NCBI GenBank assembly: GCA_042219045.1
Contig: JBDGQO010000023.1
Location: forward strand, 1-29,719
Source of the DNA: Candidatus Bipolaricaulia bacterium
GTDB taxonomy: Bacteria; Bipolaricaulota; Bipolaricaulia; RBG-16-55-9
DNA length: 29,719 nt
Direction of reading: 5' to 3'
In this document: positions 1 through 8,900 of the stretch, piece after piece
Layout of the letters: every line of letters starts with the position of its first letter
How positions within the stretch are numbered: the stretch's first letter is position 1
Translations under genes and position numbers: made by a program
Notes under the pieces: generated by a model
Told to the model about the DNA's origin: nothing
The model's database searches: none
Seen by the model: the letters and a program-made list of their open reading frames with translations, nothing else

Positions 1-1445
1 ATTCCCTCGTTGTCCGTAATCGTGTTTGTCACGGTGTTTGCCGACCGGTCGATCCTCTCCGGACCCAGCGAGGGGACGTCACACACGGCCGTCCACGTCT
101 TCTTCGCCTGGTTGGATGTGAGCGGATCCCCATTGCTGTCGACGGTCTCGGCGATGACGACGTCGGTCCCCGCCGTGGAGCTGCTCCAGGTGAACGTGGC
201 CTCTCCGTTGGAGTCGGTCACGTCGCTGCCGGTCAGTCCCGCGTTGGGCCCGGCCGTGATCTCGAAGTCCACGTCGCGCCCCGAGACGGGGCTGCCGTCG
301 GCGTCCTGCACTGTGGCGGTCACCGTGTGGTCGGTGCCGGCCGGGTTGGTGGCACTGGAGGGCGCGAGCGTAATGCCCTCTCCGACCACCGCTGTGCCGC
401 CCTTCACGACGAACGCCGCGAAGAAGATGTTGTCGTCAAAAGAGGGGTTTTCCGTCTCGACGCTGACTTGCGTGTCTCCGTCGTCGATGAACTCGTCGAG
501 TGTGTACAACTCGTCGTCAACGCGGGCATCAGTGGGAGAGTTGTTAAAGGGATCATCCGGATTTGCGGGATCATCGCCAATTCCCCCGACGGTCAGCAAC
601 GCCCCGTTCCCACAGGATTCTTCGCCAACTTCGAAGATGTCGCAGTCGTCCTGCCCCCCCGCTGAACTCGTCATCCGGGTACCGTTGACATCAACGAGAC
701 TTACTTGGCCGCCCCCCTGAAACCCGAACGAGATGCCGAGCGACATCTCGATGTCCTGCGAGGCGTCGTCGAAGGGCTCGGCCAAGCCGATACTGAACGA
801 GTCCCCGCCCAGGTCCTGAGAGCCAAACACCAGGGACACGGACCGGGTCTCCGATACGTTCGGATCATCGAAGATTACGGCCAGAACCGTACCATCCAAA
901 GAGGAGGGACTGCTCTCTTCGACCGTAATGTCGATCAGGCCGGCAGAGGCGGGATCGACGATCGAACTTATGAAGGACGTAATCTCTATGCGTCCGTTTT
1001 CCGTACTTCCGGCCCCATCAATCCGGGCGTCGTAATCGGTCGGATCAATCGTGAGGCTACTGCTGCCTTCTGAAAGGGTCAACGACGTCAAGTCACCGCG
1101 AAATGCGGCGGCCGAAACGAGGAATGCCCTCCGCACAGTCGCCCCTGAAGAGGGCTTGTCGACCTGGACGATAGCCGACGAACTGTTCGTGCCCACCCCG
1201 TCGATCGACGTGCTGATGTTGCCGCTTTCCGACGCGAAGGCATCGTCGAGCGACTTCGAGGGGGGATTTGCTTTGGGGGTTGCAGCGGATTCAGTGGTCT
1301 CAGGAGTAGTCCCGGGAGTCCGGTCCTGTGCCTGCGCGGCCTGCGGCGCGAGCAGCCCTGTCATCAAAAGCAGGGCTGCCCCCCCGAGGCACAGCCGTCG
1401 CAATTCGTCCATCCGTGCAGAGACCAAGCGGTAGATGATATCCAT
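1..1445 (-). CDS. Secreted acidic surface protein (3' end outside window): signal peptide, uncharacterised N-terminal domain, Big_1/invasin-type Ig-like domain
   Basis: Not in the ORF track because it runs off the left edge. Translated by hand from ATG at 1445 with no stop: MDIIYRLVSARMDELRRLCLGGAALLLMTGLLAPQAAQAQ (Sec signal ending AQA-Q)...SLGISFGFQ...DDELYTLDEF...NPSFDDNIFFAAF..., then the Ig-like ITLAPSSATNPAGTDHTVTATVQDADGSPVSGRDVDFEITAGPNAG...TDSNGEATFTW. The + strand ORFs at 10-720, 327-665, 705-1073 and 1051-1434 are its antisense shadows. An alternative start is the second Met (MDELRR). Confidence 0.88.
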   Translation of the reverse strand, partial: MDIIYRLVSARMDELRRLCLGGAALLLMTGLLAPQAAQAQDRTPGTTPETTESAATPKANPPSKSLDDAFASESGNISTSIDGVGTNSSSAIVQVDKPSSGATVRRAFLVSAAAFRGDLTSLTLSEGSSSLTIDPTDYDARIDGAGSTENGRIEITSFISSIVDPASAGLIDITVEESSPSSLDGTVLAVIFDDPNVSETRSVSLVFGSQDLGGDSFSIGLAEPFDDASQDIEMSLGISFGFQGGGQVSLVDVNGTRMTSSAGGQDDCDIFEVGEESCGNGALLTVGGIGDDPANPDDPFNNSPTDARVDDELYTLDEFIDDGDTQVSVETENPSFDDNIFFAAFVVKGGTAVVGEGITLAPSSATNPAGTDHTVTATVQDADGSPVSGRDVDFEITAGPNAGLTGSDVTDSNGEATFTWSSSTAGTDVVIAETVDSNGDPLTSNQAKKTWTAVCDVPSLGPERIDRSANTVTNTITDNEG

Positions 1446-2520
1446 GACTGAGAGGAAATAAAGGATTCGGGCCGGAACATTGAAGGTGCGGCAGTACAAG
1501 CCGAAAGAAATGAAGCCGCGAATACATTATCAAGTTTTGGGTGCGAAGACGAGACGAGCCGAAATTCGGAGACGGACCGCCGCGCAATGGCATGCCAACA
1601 TCCAACGCCGCGGAGAGCAAGCGTCCCGGCGAAAACGACCGCCGGGGGAGGCCTGGAGCTGGATGCCGACGACGCGGAGGCCGTGCGGCGTGGCCCCGCA
1701 CAGGAGGCACCGGGCGCACGCGTCGGGTCCACGCGCTTTTCTCGGAAGAATGACCCGCGCTGGTGAGACCCCACCGCCTGTGGACGCTCGTCCCGAAAGG
1801 GGGCACAGGCGAGAAGCCCCGACGCGATGATCGCGGGGGCGAGAACGAGAACAGGAACCAGGAGAGGCCCTGTGTCCCATCCTGTCCCCAAAAGAGCCCC
1901 GAATGACTGCGCGCGCGGGTTAAAAGATAATGTACGTCGCACACGTGACCGGAATCCCCGCCCTCGCCGGGGACGGCTGTTGTCCAGCGGTCCCGAACCG
2001 CAGCCAGCCAGGCCAGCGTCCCGCGCACCGGCGGCCGGGCCGCCCGGCCTGAGAGAACCGCTGTTCAGGGAAGGCTGTCGAGGGGCGACGATCGGCCGGC
2101 CCTGTATCGGTCTCGCGTGTCGTGACGGCTCCGCGTGCTCGCCTGCCCGACCGGGCGATGCCCCGCGGACGTCCGGGACAGAGGAGGTCTTCTCATAGAT
2201 TTATTCCTGTGCTTTTCCCCTAAACGCTCCGAGCACATTCTATAAGACGTCCTGTCCGAAAACGCCCTTCCCCGGACGCGAGAACCGTCCTTGCACGTTC
2301 CCCTGCGTTCCTGGGTGTTCTGGCGCTTGCCCTCGGCGGGCGCCCGCCCACAGACACGCCCAGGCGATTCCTCCGCCAGGCCTCCCCCCTCCTGGCGCTG
2401 GGCCCTTCACAGGATGGTAAACGCGTGCCGCACGCGCACGGCTTTGGGAGTCAGAAAGACCTCCCACCCCGAGAGGCGCCGGGCCGGCGGACCTCAGTCG
2501 CTCGGCATGGGCCCGCGAAC

Positions 2521-2549
2521 TTGACATCCAAAATCGGGGCTGCTATACT
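2521..2549 (+). promoter_or_regulatory. Sigma70-type promoter P1 with extended -10
   Basis: TTGACA (2521-2526), 17-bp spacer, TATACT (2544-2549), with TGc directly upstream of the -10 (extended -10). Points toward the large surface-protein genes. Confidence 0.75.
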
Positions 2550-2619
2550 TACGTCGTCGCTTGCTGGGAGGGATTCTCTGACGGGCCAATGCCCGGAAAA
2601 ACCCCCACGAGTTGAACAC

Positions 2620-2644
2620 AAGACTTTTCTTTAGAAAGACTTTT
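2620..2644. promoter_or_regulatory. AT-rich direct repeat between the two promoters (candidate regulator site or UP-like element)
   Basis: AAGACTTTT at 2620-2628 and 2636-2644 (16-bp period), overlapping an imperfect palindrome TTTCT-TT-AGAAA, in an otherwise GC-rich spacer. Confidence 0.35.
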
Positions 2645-2678
2645 TCGTCTGTGAATGGAAAAGACGGGGGGATGGCCC

Positions 2679-2707
2679 TTGACACTTTGATGTCGCACGC
2701 CTAGCTT
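2679..2707 (+). promoter_or_regulatory. Sigma70-type promoter P2 (tandem with P1)
   Basis: TTGACA (2679-2684), 17-bp spacer, TAGCTT (2702-2707; TAnnnT pattern). Confidence 0.65.
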
Positions 2708-2713
2708 CGCGTA

Positions 2714-2985
2714 GCGACTGTTGATGGGGAGCACCCCTCACGTGCGTGTGCTTTCGAGATCTGCACACCCCCTGGAGCGGGGACCTAGCTGCGGCGATGT
2801 CCACAGCGGGTGCCCTCGCGACATGACTGCCTAAGCATGATCACCCAACGACCAACCACATTCCTCGCGAAGCCCGACCGCTCGATATGACATCGACGCA
2901 TCCCCACACGACCGACGACCCTCCGTCGACCGACACTCACGACTCACACACCTCAATGAACTTCATGGGAGAACGCAATACGACG
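2714..2985 (+). promoter_or_regulatory. Long structured 5' leader of the surface-protein operon
   Basis: Consecutive hairpins at 2722-2740 (TGAtGGGG-agca-CCCCTCA), 2746-2768 (GTGTGC...GCACAC), 2769-2782 (CCCC-tggagc-GGGG) and 2788-2807 (GCTGcGG...CCaCAGC), then a C/A-rich tract up to the start codon. The leader interpretation depends on the promoter calls. Confidence 0.45.
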
Positions 2986-5900
2986 ATGACTCGCTACCTC
3001 AAGTCTTTCCTTCAGTTGTCCGTTGCGCTGCTCGCGCTGGTGGCCTTTGCCGCCGGGCCGGCGATGGGGCAGGTATACTACGATCCGTCCGAGGGCGGAA
3101 CGAACGGTGCCGCAAACGCTGGCTCGAGCGCTGGCAATCCGTACTTTACCGCTCAGCTTCAGACGGCGATAGAGGATGCTCTTGACCAAGGAGTGAAGCT
3201 CGTTGTGATTTCGAGCGGTGATGCCGACAGCCAGGCGGGCGTGTCGGAGTACCGGCTTGAGAATTCTAGTTCTGTCCCTGGAGACCTAGAGCTGGAAGGC
3301 CAGGACGCCAATGGAAACGAGCAGGAGGTAACGCTCACGCTCGACAATAGCCTGGATATCATCGAGCAGACCCTCACGCTCGACGGTGTAACGGTGGAAT
3401 TCCCAGATCTGCCGAGTAAGCAGATTGCCTTGCAAGCCGGAGACGCAAGTTCTTCCAGCCCTTTCGAGGCGAGTGTCCAGTACGAAGACGGCACCGCTGA
3501 TGGAGATCAGGGGGCGATCTCCTTTACTGGAGACAACTTCATTGAGATGAAGGATGGCCCGCTGGCTGACGAGGACATTCTCAACATCGATTCCCTGAAT
3601 GTGGCGTCCGGCGTGACCGTCGGCTTCGACAACGGGTCCAACGCCACAGCGTCGGATCGGCTCAAGATCAACGACGGGCTTAACGTGGCAGGTACCCTCG
3701 ACATGGATGCCGAAGACGGGTTCCCTGGGATTCTCGACTACACAGATCGGGATGCGGCGACTTCAGGTACTCAAGTCATGCAGACCGACGGTCCCAAGAA
3801 TCCTACGTTCAAAGTTTCGGGAGAAGTTACTGATGGGAATCTGTTCGTGACACGCCTTTACAGTACAGCGAGCAGTAGTCCGTCGTTTACGTTCGAGGGG
3901 CAGGGAGACTTGGCGCTCCCGGTCGAGTATCAGGAATTCAACGCAACCCAAGCTGGTGATGCGCCAGAAGCAACCTTTGAGCAGACGCTCATCGGGAGCA
4001 CGGGGCAGTCCGAGATTGCTACAGCCAATGATGTGGGCACGGTCCGTTTCCCGTTCCTTAAGCAGATCAACGGAACGCTGGCGGTTGAGAATGCTGCACC
4101 CGGAGGGGCCATGACAAACGTGCTCTTCGGCGACACCGCCGAGCCGGGCAGCAGTGAATTTACCGGAGAGAGCACTAGCCTCAATGTGGGAAATGACCTG
4201 CTCGTGGAGGACGATAATTCGAGGATTGAAACGGCCTCTAACCTAGACATCACTGTAAATGGCGAGTTCGATCTACTCGGAAATGTTGGCACGGGTACCA
4301 CAGAGGCTCTCTTCGGCCACACAAGTGAGTTTGGCAAGGAGGTTCTGGTCGATGGAGGTGGGAATGCAAAGGCGACCTTCCAGAACAAGGCCACCTTCGG
4401 AGGAGATGTCTCTCTGGTTGCCGGCTCAATGGAATTCGACGCCAACTCTGGAAACTTCAGCGGAACCATTTCATCGGTCGTCACGGGAACCTTCTCGAAC
4501 GACGGCGGAACCGTCGTCCTGGAAACGGGCTCGACGCACAATCTGACCTTCCTGGGCGACGTGAAGGTGAACGGAAGCCCGTCATTCGAGCAGCTTCCGG
4601 ATACCGGATCGCCGACGGCCGACGACACAGAGTTCATCTTCGCCGGGACTAGCGGCCAGCAAACCATCACCGGAAGTAGTGCCCTCGCGGCAGAGCGGAT
4701 TACGATTGACAATCCGGACGGGGTCACTATCGATAAGAACAGCGGTGCTGAGGTGCTGATGAGAAGTAGCACAATAACCACCGCCGCCAGCAGCTTCCCC
4801 GGCGGAGTTGTCCAGGCCCACCTGAACGTGCAAAGCGGCGCGTTCACCACAAACGGGGGGCTCGGGCTTGCTAATACTAGCAACGCTGAAAGATACGAGC
4901 TGACCCTCAACAAGCCGGGAGGGGAGCTCCGAGAAGGAGACTCGAACTCTATCCTCGACAATACCGACATTCCGTACGTCGTTGACGGGGACGTTGCCGA
5001 AGATCCGTATCGGATCGAATACATCGGAGATGCCAGCGCACCGACCGCGGATGAGCTTCTGCAGCAGGGAGTAGATGCGGAAGAGCGTCAGGTCGAGCAG
5101 CTGTCAATCAACATGGACGTTCCCAACGCAACAATCAGTCTCGGAAGCTCGGATTACGCGGCCGTAGACCGGTTTGAGTTGCTGGGTGGGCGTTTCGCGC
5201 TGACAGCCAATAACGAGCTCCGGCTCCACTGCCAGCTCACTCTTGAGCGCGCAGCCGGTAACTTCGAGATTCCCAATCCCGTGAATCCGTCGGACGCCAT
5301 TGTCTTCCCCGATCAGAACTTCACTTCTCCATCAGCGCCGGGTGACTGTGGATCCTTCGCTGACGGTACGGACGGCATCTATCTGCAATACACCAACAAT
5401 ACCAGGGAATCCGCGAATGTGGACCCTGTGGAGATCACGACCAGTATCGAATTCCCGGTGGTTGCAAACTCGTCGCGGGAAGACGATGTCATTCTCGACG
5501 TGGAGATTGACGATGCGGACGTCACCCTCGAAGACCGAACCTCCAAGTTCGGCTCCGACGAGGTTACATACCGCTTCGCGCAGGACTTTGCGCTGTCGAG
5601 CACCCTCGACCTGAATGGACAACGCCTGCAAATGAACACGGTTGATGGCGCCGGCCCTAACTTTGCTGGCCCCGTAACCGGGATATCGTACGAAGTTGCC
5701 CTGGATGGAAGTGGTGTCTCCTCCCCCGGCCATCTTCTCACGGTCGCCAGTGAGGGAGAATTCCAGAGCACCTCGAGCTCGGTGCTGGAGTACATCGGCG
5801 CCGGTCAGGCCAACACGACGCTCATCGACAATACTAATGATTCGCCAGATGGAGAGGTCTTTACCTTCCCCGAAGTAATCGTCGACAAGGATCTGAAAGA

Positions 5901-8900
5901 GAGTCTCCCGGAGGATGCCACGAATGAAGGAGACCGTCGCGTCGTATTTTCGACGGCGGACACTGATGACGAGAACGTAGATGGGTTTGAGTTCGATGGA
6001 GACTTCACGATCGAGAATGCTCAGAACTTTGGCGATACGAACGGTGACGGTAAAGCCGACTTGCAGGATGGCGTCACCTTCGCTGGCACTGAAGCCACCG
6101 GTGGCGATGGGAACGATCGTGACCAAGTTGACGCGGTGCAAGTGAGGGGCACATTCGAACAGGGCGTCAACGACGGCGAATCCTTTGATGGGGGCTCATT
6201 GATGGCCTTCCACAACGAGCCTGGCATCGCAGCCAGTGAGTTTACTGTCGACGAGGACTTCGTCAAGAACGCCTCCGACTCCACACGCTTCCTGGTTGGT
6301 GATAGCACGGGCACGGAGAACAGCGGCAACATTGGAAACGTGGCCGACTTCACAGTGGGCACGAGCAACAACGAGCTGCGACAAGAGAATGGCACCTTCT
6401 TCGTCAATGCGTCGCAGACATTCGTCGTGAATGGCGCGGTTGAAAACAACAGTGACGACTCGCGCACCACCGACGTTGATCTGGGTAGTACCGGCGGTAC
6501 CTCTACGTTTACGAGTGAAGCATTTGAGGTCAAGGGCTGGAATAATGATCTATTTACCGGATCCCCTGAGGACGGCTTCACCGACGACCGGACGAGGGCC
6601 ACGGTGACGGGAGACGTCACCCAGACGGCCGGGACGATGCTGTGGCGCGGCTTCACGGAAGACACCGATGGCGACCAGACCACGGAGGTGGCCGACAGCC
6701 ACATCAACGTGCAGGGCGACTTCAACCACAACGGGGGAGAGACCTTCCTCAAGAACACGCTCCTGGCGCTCATTGAAGGGGAGGTCGCCGTCACGGACAG
6801 CCTCTTCAAGGCGAACCTTGGCGGGATAAGCGAACCAACAACCGGTGGCGTATCAACAGACAGTAATGTGGACGTCGACTCGAGCGCGTCCCACGACAAT
6901 CGCTTCCGCGCCGGGACGCTAACGGTGGGAACGCAGGCGAGCGCGTCCACGACGTCGAAGTCGCATGGCTCACCAGCATCCGCGACATTCGAGGCCTCGT
7001 TCCGCGATGATCCGACGAGGGCAAGTGGGGAACTGATCGATCCCCCCTCGAAGCCAGAAGCGAATGATCGTGTGCTTCTCCTGAGTGGCGATACGCGCAT
7101 CAACTACGACGGACGGTACGAACTCGAAGGGTTCGAGCACCGTCAATCAACGGGCGGCTACTACCTGCTCGGCCTGGCCGATTACCACCCCGAGACCGAC
7201 GACCCCTCGGACGATCTCGACATTACGGATCGCCGAGAGTTTGACGCTGGTCAGTGTGGCCTGGTCCGCTTCACGGGCAAGAACATACAGACCCTGAAGA
7301 CGGATGGCACGGCGGAAACCTTCCTCAATAGCCTCTCCGTGCGCAGTCCGAGTGACGAAGAGCCCATTTCGAGTGGCGTGCAGCTTAAGTCGGACGTTGC
7401 CCTGAACCAGGTCCGGTGCGTGGACGCAGAAAGAGAAATTAAGAATGGCGTGCTTAGTTCAACCTCACCGGTACGCGGCGACGCGGTCTTCCGTCCGTTC
7501 GGCACATACTTCGCCGAGAGAGGCGTCCTCCGAACCTTCGAGGGCGGAACGGCAAAGAACCACGGCGGCACGCATCATGAGCTCTTCGTTCTCACTGCAA
7601 AGCCGACCGACAACAGAGATCTGACCGAGGCGAACAGTGCCGACGAAGACCGCGCCGGTGTCTTTGCGGCAACCAGTCCGGTCCTCTTCGGTGACGAGCG
7701 CGCCTACATCTCGGGCACGATGACCCGGGCCATCGAGGACCAGAGTGAAGACACGGGCGGTCGGCTCGCCGACGGCTACATCTTCCCGATGGGCTCTTCG
7801 CCGGTCGATGTAGTCGAGGCCGAGCAGCGCGACAACCTCCAGCTGCTGGAGCCGGAGTATCGCGCCATGGTTCTCCAGACTGTCACCGACCACACCGAGC
7901 CCGGATTCTTCAGTGTAACCGCGGCTCCGAAGCCGGTCGACGACAGTGGCAACGTGATTGAGTTGCCGGATGGCCTGACCGACGACGGGCTCACGCGCCA
8001 GAATGATCGCATCGAGCTTGACCTGAACACCCTGTCGCTGCCCTACATGAAGGTTGACTTCAACCGGCCGAACAACTTCAAGACCTTCAACATGCGGATG
8101 ATTTCGGACATTGGCGACGTTCGCGGCACGAAGGTGGATCAGGTGAAGCAGATGCGGATTGTCCAGCGGGAGAAAGACAACACCAGTTCCTCGAACTGGC
8201 AACTCGCTGGGGATTACGACGAAGATGCAGGCGGTGGTCTGCTTGACGATGACCCCGACGATGCGGGCGGACCGAATGAGACGATCTCCGGAAAGACGAA
8301 CGTGGTCCACGAGGGAGTAAACCTCGATCGTGGTCAGATCTTGGCCTTCGCCTCCGATGATAGTCTCAACAACATCGGCCAGACCGATGCTCCGCTTGTC
8401 GAATTGTCCAGCGGCCAGTCCTCGCCAGTCGGTGTCGTGGATGTGGGCAATGAGACAGACATCAGCTTCAATATCAGCGATCCCGACACGGATCCCTCCA
8501 ACTTCTCCTTCAGCGTGACGGGAAGTTCCAACAGCGCGATCGAGCCGGACAGCGTCTCCTTCCAGAGCGACGGAACGGTAACGTACGCTCCGGACTCGTC
8601 CGCCGCCAAGGCCTCCTTTGAGACGAGCAGTCAGAGCTTCAAGGCGCTGACTCTGGAGATTCGGGTTGAAGACCCCGATGGCAACTCCGACGTCGCCTCG
8701 GTAGGCGTACAGGTTGGTCTTCAGGATGGGGACGCCGATATGGATGGCCTTGCGCCGAGTGAAAGTACTCCCGAAGCCGCGCAGGACGCTGAGCTTGCGC
8801 TCGAAGAGTTCCTGAAGGGAGCGGATGTTTCCACGCCGAGTGTGCTGGCGGATGTCGCATTCTTCGACGGTGCTGACATTGCCCCGTCCGGCGGAGATGA

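Noticed and set aside
10..1434. Plus-strand ORFs 10-720, 327-665, 705-1073 and 1051-1434
   Set aside because: Shadows of the real minus-strand gene starting at 1445.
1364..1942. Minus-strand ORF with a hydrophobic stretch ending LLAC (lipobox-like)
   Set aside because: No suitably placed start codon, the downstream sequence is low-information Arg/Ser/Pro-rich, and it overlaps the real gene start. A decayed remnant cannot be excluded.
1446..2520. Arg/Pro-rich ORFs and short GC hairpins in the divergent spacer
   Set aside because: Typical of GC-rich non-coding DNA. No tRNA, CRISPR repeat, IS end or known RNA motif recognised.
2887..2985. 33-aa N-terminal extension of gene 1 given by the ORF track
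   Set aside because: The Thr/His/Asp-rich translation reflects the C/A-rich leader; the signal peptide begins at ATG 2986.
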